64,000 nt of DNA from the human T2T-CHM13v2.0 reference genome, Homo sapiens, in assembly GCF_009914755.1 (NCBI RefSeq), contig NC_060925.1, one strand, 5' to 3'. How positions within the stretch are numbered: the stretch's first letter is position 1; each line of letters starts with the position of its first letter. A model generated the notes under the pieces. That model worked only from the letters and a program-made list of their open reading frames with translations, searched no databases and was not told the origin of the DNA. The position numbers and the translations under genes were made by a program. Positions 40,184-53,561 of this stretch are shown one piece after another.

Positions 40184-40861
40184 GTAGGTGCAACAACCAA
40201 GAAAGTGTCTCTTCCCTCTTTGAAAGCCTGCCCCATCTCTGCCGGCTCTGCACCTGTGGGCCTGTTCTGCCTGTACCATGCGGACTGCCTGTCACAGCAG
40301 TGCCGAGTATGGTTCTCTGCAGAAAGAGATCACGATATGCAACAACCTAGGTTTGCAACCCTGATCCCCCCACCTGTGGTGCCAACCAAGTCTGGCTGCC
40401 TGCCGAGCACCAGCTGGAGAGATTGATGGAATGGTTCTGGGTGGTTCTAGGCACTTCCTGCAAATAGCCAGGGTGGAGACCCACGCACACTGGTTCCGAA
40501 ACCAGAGTAGACATGAGACTTCCTGAGGAACTGACTCAGCTGGTCGGGGACCTGCAGCTCCCATCCCGAGGGGACTGGACCTGGGGGTGGCGCTGCTCTC
40601 AGGTGCCAGGGCTCCCTGCCCACACTTCAGACCCACTGTGGGGAGGCTGGATGTGCCCCACAGAGATGCCCCCTCGTTGTCCTAACACATCCAAACAGAG
40701 AACCCAGAGCAGGCCGGGTGTCTGGCGGGAGCTAGTGGCCCGGGGCTCAGTTACTGTAGGGCTATCCATCTTCCCTAAGACTGACCAGAACCTCGAACCT
40801 AGAAAACCTGCCTGTGACTAAACGTTTCAAGAAGAGAAGTAGTTGTATAAATCAGCAAGTA

Positions 40862-40867
40862 TTTATT
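40862..40867 (-). terminator. WRAP73: WRAP73 polyadenylation signal (AATAAA on - strand)
   Basis: TTTATT on +, about 180 nt past the WRAP73 stop, with upstream TGTA motifs on the - strand. Confidence 0.75.
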
Positions 40868-41047
40868 TTAAATAATAAAACTACAGTTTTATACCATACA
40901 TATTTACAAAAATGCTTTGCTATAGAAAAATAGAATCAATCACTGAATCCAGACCACCACAGTGGAGAACCTCCTGGTGAAGCTGTGTTTTTTCCCACAC
41001 TGGAAACACAGAGTAGCCCTGTTTCTGCACACGTTAGTGCACCGCTG

Positions 41048-41190
41048 CTACGTGTGGCCGCCCAGCTGTCTGCAGGCTGTGCCGACCACTGCCTCTGTCT
41101 CCAGGAAGCAGAGGCAGAAGTGATCCTTGCTGAGGAGGGCCATCGAGTCTCCGCTTAAATGCCAGCACAGAGAGAGCACTGCAAAGTCGC
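41048..41190 (-). CDS. WRAP73: WRAP73 coding exon 12, [46 protein letters not shown]
   Basis: ctctctag|GCGACTTT...ACGTAG; 143 nt; total CDS 1383 nt = 460 aa. Confidence 0.95.
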
Positions 41191-41538
41191 CTAGAGAGAG
41201 ACAGGTGGCCAGAGGATTACAGCAGGGGAGGCCCAGATTCTGGGGGATGGGCACCCCCTTGTCCTGCAGGCCAGCACAGTGCCTGGAGTGACCCACATAG
41301 GCAGAGCCAGGGTGGAGCCCCAGAGCTGCCTCAAGTCAGGGAGAGGCTGCTTCTAGCCCATAAAGCTGAGGGCAGCGGGTCCCCTGTGTGTCCGTCTTGA
41401 GGTTTACGCAAAGACTCTGAGGGCAGTTTCCCTGGAGTGCTGCCGGAGACAGCAGCTGGGCTTCAACAGTTCAGCCCGTGTGATGCCAGACTGCACACAG
41501 CAAGGCTGCCACGTCCGTGGCCTCGGGGATGTGCTTAC

Positions 41539-41730
41539 CTTCCCCAGGCACCTGCACCGACATGCAGCCCGCTGGGGACCACAGGTAGAGCCTGCTGCCT
41601 CCCGTGCAGATGGCCAGCCGCGGCTGCTGCGGGTCCCACTGAAACGCGCGCACTGGGGACAGCTGCTCGAGCACCGCGAACAGCCTCAGCTTCTGAATGT
41701 CCCAGACCCAGACGGCATTGGGAATGTTGT
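41539..41730 (-). CDS. WRAP73: WRAP73 coding exon 11, [33 protein letters not shown]...VPGE
   Basis: cctcag|ACAAC...GGGGAAG|gtaagc; 192 nt; WD motif. Confidence 0.95.
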
Positions 41731-42285
41731 CTGAGGAAGGAAGGACAGGGCACCGGTGTCATCCCTGCCTGGCTCCTCTGTGTTGGCCCTGCCCCTCTGC
41801 TCTGCTGTTGACACCACAGGAGGGGAGGGGAAGAACCGGTGGGGTGGGGCGGCTGCACCCTGCAGTCTGGGTTCAGTTGGGCCCTGTAGGGCTCCTGGCC
41901 AGGGCCAGGGTGGCCATCACGGGCTGTAAGGGGCCCAAATGTGTTTCTTTCTTTGGTGTTTTTTTTTTTTTTTTAGCCCTTTACAAATGGAGAAACCCTT
42001 AACAAAAGGCGGGCTGCAGTGTGCCCAGCCCTGCTTTCTACTCAGCAGAGTGGAGCAAGTGAGCAGGGTGGAGGCCTCCTGACTCATGCGCGGACCTGCG
42101 GCTGCTGCAGGACAAAGGCCCAGCGCCTCCAAGGAGCTTCTGTGAGCACCTCGGCTACTGCAGAAACGTGAAAGGAGGTGACGTGTCGGAAACCCCCAAC
42201 TTCATTTTCTTTTCCAGTCGCTTCTACACCTGGGGCCACAGGACACAGTAAAGGGTGAGACAGCACCTGCGTCAGCACAACTGAC

Positions 42286-42411
42286 CGTTCCTTGTCGCCA
42301 GGAAGTAGCTGTCAGGACTAAATGCCAGCATTCCTATGCCGATTTTCGGGTTTGCTCTGTCGGTAACAGGTTTCAGTGTCTGTAAGGAGACTGGGACAGA
42401 GGCGATCTCAT
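42286..42411 (-). CDS. WRAP73: WRAP73 coding exon 10, [41 protein letters not shown]
   Basis: ttctag|ATGAG...AACG|gtcagt; 126 nt. Confidence 0.95.
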
Positions 42412-43470
42412 CTAGAACACCAACAGGAAGAACACGCCATTGTCACCCTTTCGGGAAGTACGCACGCGGCTGAGAGGCTGCTGTGCCTGCATCGGGCATC
42501 GCGAACCCAGCTCCTCTGTTCAAAGGGGAGGAAAGTGCGGCCCAAGGGCAGGAAGAGCTAAGCAAAGCCTGGCAGCCGCAGCGAGGGGCCTGCCCGCAAG
42601 TGCCCCGGATGAGAGTGGCACCATCACCTGCCAGGCCCGACTAGGTGGGGGGTGGACCCCACGTGCCAGGGGCTGACTGGAGAGGGACATGGACAGGTCC
42701 TAGCTGCAATCTCAGCAGCTCCAACTCCTCAGCACTTTTCTGTCGACTACCAGCATCTGAGTTCACAATCCCTTCCACCTCAGCGTCAGTACCCTTAGAC
42801 TTTCCGGCTGTGGAAGAACCATCATCACAGCAGAAGCAGGGGCTGTGGAACAAGGACGCCCCTGGGCTCCTGGGGAGCGCCTCCTGTGTGCCAGGCTGCA
42901 CCTGTCCTGACCCCCATCCTGAGCACACACCGAGCCCCGGGGTGGGCCCGTCGGCACTTGGGGCACCGCTTCCTCTACCTGCAACCTTCAGATGCCCTCA
43001 TGCCCCTGTGGGATGGGTGCTTTTACTATGCCCATTTCAGCGATGAGGAAACAGACACATAGGAAATGCCCAGAGTCAAGAGGCTGCATCAGAACCGGGC
43101 CTCAAGCCGGAGACAGCGCTCGGGAGCACCGCCGGGTTCCAGACCCACTCTGAGCGCCACCCACGGAAAAGTGTTTCTTTGAAAAACATCATTCTCGGAG
43201 CTCCGGAAAAACATCCCCTCGGAGCTCCCGCTGTCAGATCCGGGTCTCCAGGGCTCATATTCAGTAACAGAAGCCGCACCTTCACGGCCCACTGCGCAAT
43301 TCAGACCCTAGTCAACCTCCAGCCAACAGGCTGAGGGGCACACTGGCTGGAAGCATGGAAGGGAAAAAAAGTTTTTTTTTTTAAACATAAGGAACATCCG
43401 AAGTTTATCTGGACAACGAGGAATCTTGCATTAAAAAAGGAAAACAAATGACATCACATGTGCTACTTAC

Positions 43471-43576
43471 ATTTACTCTCTGAGCTCGGGAGAGGGCCGG
43501 CCCCGGCCCGGGGCGGCGGGAAGGAGAGGCAGCCCAGTCCCAGCTGTGGGCTCTTCTCGGCCTCCTTATACACCAC
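43471..43576 (-). CDS. WRAP73: WRAP73 coding exon 9, [35 protein letters not shown]
   Basis: tttcag|GTGGTG...AAAT|gtaagt; 106 nt. Confidence 0.93.
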
Positions 43577-45069
43577 CTGAAAGACACAAGGTGGCCACGC
43601 CCGGCTCAGGACAGGGACCCGGAAGCCAAGGATGGACGTGGCAAATGCCTATGACAGCGCATGGTCAACAGGTGTGCCTGCCATGACAGCTGGTCCTGCT
43701 GCCACCGGGAGAGACGGAAGCACGAACCCCGCAGTCCCGAGAGCTGAGATCACCCAGCCACCCTCTCTCGTGTCCTGCTGAGGAGCCCACCCTTTGAGAC
43801 ACAGGCAGCAAATGTGTGCCCTGTGATTACAGACGGGAGACCACTGCAGCCACCATCATCCAGCAAGGGAGTGGGCTCAGCCTTCCCTCCGTGATAAGAG
43901 GATACAGAGAACACTTGCACCAACACAGCAGAGGCCCCGGGAGCAGCAGACACAGACCCGAGGTGGGGGCATCTGTGCCCGAGAGCCTGGCAAGCAAAGG
44001 ACAGCGGCCCAGGCTCAGTGGAAGGCGGGCAGCCCCTACGCCCCTGAAGAGCCCCAGGTAAGGGAGTCACCTGGCCTGGTTCATGCCTTTAAAGCATGCT
44101 CTGCTGCTGTGTGGCGAAGGGATTTGGAGAATGCAGGAATCACAGGCAAACCTTCAGGACCTGTGTGGCCAGCCCTGCTCGGGCTCACCTGTCCAGACAC
44201 CCTGGCCTCCAGCCACACAAGCCACTGGCCACGTCAGGAGGCCCCTCTGCCTGAAACACCCTTTCTGCCCAGACACCGCGCAGCTCCTCCTCCTGGTCTT
44301 CACTTAAACACCCCTCCAGGATGCATCCCCGGCAGTGGCTGATCTGGCATGCGCAGCCCCAGCCACTCACTGGCCTCTTCATCGAATCCAAGCCGCCTTT
44401 CACTCAGCTCTGTCGGTTACAGGTCAACACCAGGAGGGCAGCATTTGTCTCTGGCTCCCAGCGCAGTGCCCGCTGCACACATGGATGCGTGGCCCACTCC
44501 TCGGGGCCTTTGCATTTCCTGTTCCCTTGGCCTGGAACGCTCCCTCCCCGAGTCCCTGATCACTGGTGCAGCATCTGTGCCTGCGATCCCTCGCTGGTGG
44601 CCACTCCCTGCCACCCCGTGGAGACACCCAGCTCTCCAGCCCCTTCCCTGTCTCTCCAGCCGCACTCTGCAAGTGCAGGGGTCTGTCTCTTCTTCTCTGG
44701 CTGCGGCCCAGAGCACAGTGCCTGGCACGACAGCAGATGCCCAGTGTTTGGGGGCAGGAGACCCTGGCCACTCTGTACAGCACAGGGATCTGCATCCAGA
44801 CAGACCACAAAGGAGAAAACTGGACTGGGGTGGCAGCGGCAGAGGACAGGCCAGGGCAAGGCCCACTTCAGACCCTTTGGGCAGCGTGGAGGAGGAAGAA
44901 CAAAGGCCAGGGCAGGGCCAGACGCGTGAAATGTCACAGTAGCAAGTTTACGGTGATGGAAGTGCCCGGTTAAATAATAAACCACAATCAAGAAAGCAAA
45001 GTGAAGGAGCAGTTTCCCACCGCCCTCCCCAACAGCCTGCTCAGGCAGAAACACGTGTTCCAGACTTAC

Positions 45070-45147
45070 TATCTTGGGATCATTAATGGCTGCAGGATGC
45101 CCAAACTCCGTGATCATTTTCCAAGTCACGTGATTAAGGATGCGCAC
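45070..45147 (-). CDS. WRAP73: WRAP73 coding exon 8, [26 protein letters not shown]
   Basis: cctcag|GTGCGC...ATA|gtaagt; 78 nt. Confidence 0.95.
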
Positions 45148-45232
45148 CTGAGGAAGGAAACCATGCACAGGTGAGGCAGGGCCCGGCCCGCTGGGCGGTC
45201 GGACTTCCTGAGTGCCCTGCACTGGTTCCCAC

Positions 45233-45367
45233 CTTTCCATCATAGCTCCCAACTGCCAGGAACTGACTGCTGGGGCTCCAGGCCACAGACTTGATGCCCA
45301 GGGACCACTCGTAAGCGCTGTACGTGGACAACAACCGGCCATCCAATGAGTACAGCAGAATCTTGTA
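45233..45367 (-). CDS. WRAP73: WRAP73 coding exon 7, [45 protein letters not shown]
   Basis: ctgcag|TACAAG...GGAAAG|gtggga; 135 nt; classic WD40 segment. Confidence 0.95.
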
Positions 45368-45607
45368 CTGCAGATGAGACATTTCAGTTAATAATGAATA
45401 CACCCCCGTCGCCAGGAACACACCACAGACGCGGGTGCTGCAGAGTGACATTGGTGCAGATAGCACAAAGCTGGCAGGACTGTCCGCGTGGCCGTGGAAA
45501 AGCTGGAACTGCCAGCTAGTACTGAGATAGTCACGGAGAGGCAGTGAGAGCATGAGGAAAAAGGGGAAATTGGGAGGTCAACCTAATGGCTCGCTGATAA
45601 AAGTTCA

Positions 45608-45913
<306 letters not shown>

Positions 45914-46016
45914 TTATCTGAAATAAGATAAAGCAAACTATATTGCAGCATTCAGAAAGCATGAAATTCCGGGAAAAGCTCTCGAAAGCAAACATGTCAC
46001 CTGGTCATCTTCATAC

Positions 46017-46103
46017 CTCCAAGCAGGTGTCCCACACTGCCAGCACACAGCCGTTTGGGGCCCACTCAATCCCTGTGAGATCCTGGGTGTCCGTATCAAA
46101 ATG
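46017..46103 (-). CDS. WRAP73: WRAP73 coding exon 6, [29 protein letters not shown]
   Basis: ttggaag|CATTTT...GAG|gtatga; 87 nt. Confidence 0.93.
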
Positions 46104-46302
46104 CTTCCAAAGGAAGGGGGGGAAACATTAAATTTGGAAAATATTTTCGTAAATAAATAATTGCATTTATGACTGATGTTCTTAACGCACTTAATTTCCT
46201 TATATAGAAATTGACAAAATCTCAACAGCTCTATCCTGGAAATGCATGAAATCCCTGTAGAGCTGCTGCTGGGGCTGCACCGCCACAGGTGCCAGCGTCA
46301 GT

Positions 46303-46543
46303 GCCTGGCCAGCCCCCAAGGGCGGCTTGGTCTCCCCGCGCCTGCACTCGTGTGCACACTCTCCCCCTCACCTTTCCTTGCCTGGCCAGCCCCCGAGGGC
46401 GGCTTGGTCTCCCCGCGCCTGCACTCGTGTGCACACTCTCCCCCTCACCTTTCCTTGCCTGGCCAGCCCCCGAAGGTGGCTTGGTCTCCCCGCACCTGCA
46501 CTCATGTGCACACTCTCCCCCTCACCTTTCCTTGCCTGGCCAG
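46303..46543. repeat. Minisatellite, 77-bp unit x3
   Basis: gcctggccag at 46303, 46380, 46457 and 46534. Confidence 0.95.
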
Positions 46544-47067
46544 GCTCACTCCTTTAGACCCAGCTCAGACAAGTCCCTTCCAGAGCACTGCCTGGATCCC
46601 GGGTTCTGCACTCTGACAGCATTCCAGAGGTTGCTCTACCTTAATGATGGATTGTGCTGGAATCGTGTTCATATGTCTGCTGTGGGGGCAGTGCCCTCTG
46701 TGCCTGGGCACCTGGCAGAGCGCCCTGCCTAATGCAGGCCCTCAGTCAAGGTGAACTTCCACGTCCCCCCAACTCCCGACGTGGCACACACATGCGCAAA
46801 CACCATCACACAGGACAAGGAAAAGGGCTCAAATGTGACAGCATATTCACTTTTAAAACACCTGGGCACGCGTCCTTTTCACCAAGTCTCCTGAACACAC
46901 AACCGGGTGCCACTGGAAGTGATTCGCAGCGCACCTGCCCTTTGTTAATACAACATCACCTTGCTCCATATCCTACCAAAGATCCCCTGGAATCTGGAAG
47001 GATCTACTTCACTCGATCCCTCCACAGTCAGCAGGACAACTTTATTCCAGTCTGGGGGACGCCTTAC

Positions 47068-47171
47068 CCGCAGGAGCTGCCAATCACTGCAGACGAAGAT
47101 GCTCACGTAATCTTTGCAGTCGCGCCGTTCTGCCAGCGCCATGTAGCGGCCGTCCCTGGTGAAGGTGATTC
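47068..47171 (-). CDS. WRAP73: WRAP73 coding exon 5, [34 protein letters not shown]
   Basis: cccacag|GAATC...CGG|gtaagg; 104 nt. Confidence 0.95.
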
Positions 47172-47632
47172 CTGTGGGAAGAGGCAAATGCACTGAAATC
47201 AAGCGGCCACAAAATCAAGCAAGAGAAACCACAGTAGTAATTCACAAGGAAGGAGGAGGAAAAGAAAGCAGAGGTGAAAAGAAGGGAAATGGCACAACGC
47301 CGAGCACTGCTCCTCAGACAGACAAGAACATTCTAGCGCAGAGGAGAAACCCAAGGCACGGTGCCTTCACCCTCACAACGCAGTGTGTGCTGGGGGAAGC
47401 TGTACACACACAGGAGCCGGTTTGCAAGGCTCTGTCAAAAATACCAAGTGATGTGACCTCTGATTAATCACAAATATGAGTGAGAAACACAGGCCTTCGA
47501 GTCCCCCCATGTCTAAGCTGCGGGACACCCAGGGCTATCTCCAGCTAGGCAAAAGGCAGCTGGTTCCTACCATATTTATTTTACCTTTGAATTTAATTAT
47601 TTGGAAGAAGTAAACTGAAGATGAAAATGTGT

Positions 47633-47920
47633 GGCCAGGCATGGTGGCTCACGCCTGTAATCCCGGCACTTTGGGAGGCTGAAGCAGGTGAATCGCTTGA
47701 GCCTAGGAATTTGAAAGGAGCCCAGACAACTTGGTGAAACCCCATCTCTACAAAATATCAGCCGGCTGTGATGGTGTGTGCCTGTAGTCCCAGCTACTCA
47801 GGAGGCTGAGGTGAGAGGATCACTTAAGCCCAGGAGGTCGAGGCTGCACTGAGCTGTGATCGTGTCACTGCACTCCAGCCTGGGTGACAGAGCAAGACCC
47901 TGTCTCAAAAAAGTAATAAT
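47633..47920 (+). mobile_element. Alu (AluJ-like)
   Basis: Dimer; TSD aagatgaaaatgtg on both sides. Confidence 0.94.
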
Positions 47921-48822
47921 AAGATGAAAATGTGGAAGAAACTTTAGTTGAAAATGTTAAACTCTTATTTTCCAGTTCTGTATTAGCTTAAAAAGCCCTA
48001 GGCCAGAATTCATCATTCCTGAGTGAAAAGAATACCTCAAATGACGAAACCACGGTGTCCACTCCTATCAAGAGATATGTATCTCATCTGGAGGGACGCT
48101 AATATTCCAACTATAAGAATAAGAGTGTGACTGCATTGCATTCAAATGCAATTTCCAAACCGCTGGCAGCAACAGAGAAAAATGAAAGCATCATTCCAAC
48201 TGTGTATGTTTCATTCCGCAAAAAGACAGTGCGGTGTCGTCCAGGACTCAGGAGTGGCACCTCCCACTAGCTCTGCGCGGTCCAGTTAGACGCGCTGGCA
48301 GTGGGCCACCCTGCGCCGGCCCCCTTTCTTCCAGATGGCTCACAGGCTTCCACAAGGAAGGGACACTGGTCACATATCCCTCTGGGATGCCCAGAGATGA
48401 CAGGCAAGACCTCCCCCTTTCGCAGACATCATATTTAGTCCACAGAAGAGAGAAAGCTCAGAACTGGATGCCTGAGGTGGGCCTCTCAACAGGCATCGGC
48501 TGGAAGGGGTCTGAACGCCCAGCTCTGCCGCCAAGGTCAAGGGGACCGGCATCAACGCCACCGTTCTTCCATGTCTTAGGCCACGTTGTCTTGAGTCACT
48601 GTGGTCATGTTTTAAAAGGGGACTCTTGCCTTTTTGAGACACATATGGAAATATTTACAGATGAAGTATGAGGAGACCTAAGGTCTCCTTTAAAAGAGCC
48701 CAAGGGGGTTGGCTATGTGTTGATATGCTGCTGAAGCTACTTCTGCCTCTTTGAAACTTCCCGTGACAAAAAAGTCAAACAGCTGCAAAGAAATGGCTTT
48801 TGCGTGGCTCCGATCGACTCAC

Positions 48823-48895
48823 CCTGCAGACAAGCTTTCGGGTATTTGATGTAAGACACGGATTTTGTGCACAAGGACCAGACGGTTATCCGCAG
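48823..48895 (-). CDS. WRAP73: WRAP73 coding exon 4, [24 protein letters not shown]
   Basis: caacag|CTGCGG...CAGG|gtgagt; 73 nt. Confidence 0.95.
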
Positions 48896-49762
48896 CTGTT
48901 GGGGGAAAGGGGAAAGAGAAAGGAAACACTTCTTTAGCATCATCAGAGACCGTCTCAATCCTCAACCCGCCCACGCGTCCCCAAGCACAGGCCTGACTGC
49001 TGGAGTGGATCTATCAGGACCTGGGGGATGCCTGCCCTCCTACCGGAATATTCAAATGCGTATTTTACTGTGGTTACGGTAAATTTGGTGTTCTTGGTTT
49101 TCTGTTGTTGTTGTTTTATACCAAAATTGAGTGACACAAAGTTAAATCCAAGTGCTTTTTCATTAGCTTTTTCAAAGTGACCATAGGTTGCATGTTATAA
49201 TAACCCTGAGTTACTCAGAGAAAAATCTTGATCTAGAAACCACCACGGGTTCAGTCTCCTTTATGGGAAGACAGAGGATCTGGAGATTGGATGCAGCCAC
49301 TCCGGGACTCACCAGGGGGCTGTGAGCCTGCATCTGCAGCCCTGAGGCAGGAGCAGCCACTCAACACCCAAGAAGGTGGCCGTCTGCCTCCTGCGTGTGC
49401 TCGCTGGCCTGGCTGCATCTGCAGAGGGTTCTAGAACATGCGCTGCTGGACTGTCCACTTTTCCACCCCTTTCCCTGACTCAGGGAGCTGAGAGCTGACT
49501 AGGCTGGCACAGTGAGGCCAAAAGATGATTTTCTAACCAGGCCGACGAGGGCGTGCCTGCTGAGGGAGAGGCACCGCAGTGGGTGGTCCAGCCCTCCCCG
49601 TGGCAGCGCCGCGGGACTTCCAGGGCTGCTGTGTCCCTCCACCTGCATTTCCCACTGAGACCCCGTGGAGCCTACCAGGGAATCATCTTGCTTCCCACAT
49701 CCCCGGCCCACTGATGAATCTGGTAGTTAACTGAAATATGGCCGAGGTGCGGGGACACAAGG

Positions 49763-49917
49763 TGCGGGGTGGGGTGCTGACTGCCAGCTCCGTGTGTGGG
49801 GACACAGGGCTGCGCAGCTCCATGTGGGGTGGGGTGCTGACTGCCAGCTCCGTGTGTGGGGACACAGGGCTGCGCAGCTCCATGCGGGGTGGGGTGCTGA
49901 CTGCCAGCTCCGTGTGT
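49763..49917. repeat. Minisatellite, 60-bp unit x~2.6
   Basis: ggggtggggtgctgactgccagctccgtgtgtg recurs every 60 bp. Confidence 0.92.
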
Positions 49918-50423
49918 GTCAGGCAGGGGTCCTCGCTGAGGATGAGGCCCGGGGTGGGGGACCGCCTCCAGCAGCGTAAGTGGGGCCGCAGCGTGTGGGG
50001 CACAGCATGTCCACAGTGTCACTCCTGCAAACGCTGCCAGGTTGTCAGTATAGGATATTAACAAATGATTTAATTTAAATGTCTACGCATCATCTCTTCT
50101 TACAACAGAAAAGAAAATCTGATGTCTGTAATTGTTTCTCCAAACAACATATACAGCGTTCAGGAGAGAAGTCCTGAACACACAGGTAGTGGATCAACGA
50201 GCTCCAGGGGTCACGTGGCAGCACGGAAGGGCTCCTGTGCTGATGCTGAACCCGAAACACACTGGCCGTTCTGGGGACCATGCCTCGGAACTCCAGCTGC
50301 ACAGAGCACTTGCTCCTCTAACAGCTCCACAAGCTGAGGCCAAGGAGGGCGCTGGGGCCTGAGCGAGGAAGCGTGCTACTTCCCACCAGCGTGTCTGAGG
50401 CTGAAACCTTGCCCGAGCCTCTC

Positions 50424-50837
50424 AGACTCAGCAGGGTGGGTGCAGCGCCTGAGGCTCTGAGCATCAGCAGGGCGGGGTGGAGCGCCCGAGCATCTCAGCA
50501 TCAGCAGGGCGGGGTGGAGCGCCCGAGGCTCTGAGCATCAGCAGGGCAGGGTGGAACACCCGAGGCTCTGAGCATCAGCAGGGCGGGGTGCAGCGCCCGA
50601 GGCTCTGAGCATCAGCAGGGCAGGGTGGAACGCCCCAGGCTCTGAGCGTCAGCAGGGCGGGGTGGAGCGCCCGAGGCTCTGAGCATCAGCAGGGCAGGGT
50701 GGAGCGCCCGAGCATCTCAGCATCAGCAGGGCAGGGTGCAGCAACGGAGCATCTCAGCATCAGCAGGGCGGGGTGGAGCACCCAAGCATCTCAGCATCAG
50801 CAGGGCGGGGTGCAGCGCCCGAGCCTCTCAGCATCAG
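50424..50837. repeat. Minisatellite, 37-bp unit x~11
   Basis: agcatcagcagggcggggtggagcgcccgaggctctg and variants. Confidence 0.95.
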
Positions 50838-51209
50838 GAGAGTCCATGTGCCACCCAGGGCAGAGACCTGCCCTCCAGAGCCTACTGCAGAGTCACAGGA
50901 GAAAAGCACATCTCCCACCTGTGGCCCTGCATCCCTGTGGGGTGCGCCTGGCCGAGGCTCCCCACTCAGGCACATCTTAGGAAACACAGGGAGCACTTTA
51001 AGCCTGATTTTTACCTTCATCTCACAAAAACAAAGAAACAAAAACCTTTAAAAGATAACTTTGCAACTTTTAAAAACCCAATAAGAAAAAAAGGTAGTTA
51101 AATATACACCTTCATCAGCGCTGTTACCTTCCACTGACCACTGGAGAAGCCAGCGGAGGAGACCCGTGGGATGGGCTCCACAGCACTCAGCAGCAGGAAG
51201 AAAGGACCA

Positions 51210-51500
51210 GAGGGATCCACATGACCCAGAGCACTCAGGAGGGAAGGAAGGGGCCGCTGATCCACGCTACGACCCAGTGTGCTGAAGACGGAAGGAACGG
51301 GCCACCGATCCACACCACAACTCAGCATGCTCAGGGTGAGAGGAATGGGCCACGGATCCAAGCCATGACCCAGTACACTCAAGACGGGAGGAACAGGCCA
51401 CTGATCCATGCCACGACCCAGCACTCTCTCCACACCATGACCCAGCACTCTCAAGATGGAGGAACGGGCCACTGATCCACCCCACAACCCAGCACACTCA
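51210..51500. repeat. Old diverged ~48-bp tandem repeat, about 6 copies
   Basis: gatcca..gacccag..ggaacgggcca recurring about every 48 bp. Confidence 0.75.
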
Positions 51501-52141
51501 AAACCAGCAAGATGCCAGGGAAAAGGAAGCAGACGCACAGCTCCACGCACCATGGCTCTGTGCAGATGGGATTCCGAGTAGGCAGTGCTGCTCGCCCCGC
51601 AGCAGGCACCGGCTGCCGGACACAGGTGGGAGACGGACTGAGCACAAGGGGCACGAGGAGCCCCATGCCACGGGCGAACAGTCTTGGTCCTGATTGTGGC
51701 GGCAATGACGTGCAAAGTGACTCACTCAACTGTGCTCTTAAAGTGGGTGAATTCTCTTGCTTATAAATTGTTTTAATTGCCTTTATTCAGATATAAGAAA
51801 AAGTCTGCAGTCTGGATATATTTTTAAAGCTAACTATAGACTATTTACAACATACACACTCAAGTTTAAGGATGCAGAAATGTAGAAGGTAAAAGGATAG
51901 AAAAAGACATATCAAGAAAATCCTAACCAAGAGAAAGGTGGCACTGCCGCATTCGTACGGGATAAATCAGACTCTGAAACAAAAAGAACCGTGAGACATA
52001 AAGAGGAATACTTTACAACAAAAGGCCTGTGCCACCGCGGAATCATGGGAACCGCTTCACTAGGAAATCTGTTTACAAACAGTTAAAAGTTTGTATGCAG
52101 CTAACAACAAAGTCTCAAAAATACATTTAAAAATCTGGCAG

Positions 52142-52270
52142 AGCCGGGCGCACTGTTGTGCACCTGTAATGCCAGCTATACAGGAGGCTGGGAAGGAAGG
52201 ATTGCGTGAGTTTAGGAGCTCGAGACCAGCCTGGGAAACAAAGGGAGACCCCAACTCTACAAAAAAATTG
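52142..52270 (+). mobile_element. Alu monomer (FLAM-like)
   Basis: Single left-arm monomer with A-tail; TSD aaaaatctggcaga / aaaaatctgacaga. Confidence 0.8.
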
Positions 52271-52492
52271 TTTTTAAAAAATCTGACAGACTACAAGAGC
52301 AATGAAGAGGAATCAGTCCCATCAGATATTCAAACACACCATAGAACCTCAATAATGTAGACAGTGTGGTGCTGGCACATAGGTGGACCAACAGTGGACT
52401 GGAATGGAAACCAGAAGTGATCCTGCAGGTATAATGGAACTGAGCTCCTGCTATAGCTGGTGAAGATAGCCTTCTAAATAAATGCTGCTGGG

Positions 52493-52859
<367 letters not shown>

Positions 52860-53561
52860 TTAAATGGAGCATGTGTGAGCGTCTGTGTGTAATGAAACAA
52901 GATAGGAAAGCACTCAACCTCACCGAGAATTAGGGAAACGCAAACTAAATCCAAACTGCAGTATCATTTAGTCGCCTGGATGGAATCATTGTAATCCTGC
53001 CACAAAAGCCTTGGCAAATGAAACCCCTCCGTCTGCTACGGCCAAGCAAGGCTCTCCTAGAGAGGCTCTCCGGGTATGTGCCCAGGAGACGGGGACAACA
53101 CGTTCACAGCCACACCGTCCGTGGTGACGCACACGTCCAGCAGGCGAGGACTGAATGGCGTTCCTCACGAGGAAGGGAAGGCCCAGCGATGCCTGTCAAC
53201 ACGGAGGAGTCTAAAAGCAGTGACGGGGAACAGCAACAGCAGAGACTGCAAAGTACAAGCCCCTATAAATCAACTTTACACTGCACAGCAAGCAATGTGG
53301 TGTTTAGACACATCTGTACAGTGAGACTCAAGAACAGTGAGGATGTGATTCACGCAAGACGTGGGGCAAAGGTGCCCTCAGGTGGGGAGGGCATTGCTAC
53401 GAGGAAGAGAAGGGCTCTGAAAGCGCGGCAGTGTTCCGCTGCAGGCCTAGGGGTGAGCCGCTTTTGATGACTCACTGAACCTCGTCTAATGGGCGCAAGC
53501 TTGCCTTTTCACGTTAAAATGCAAGAGGCAGGGACGTCTCCCATGCTCCACAGCACCCTCA

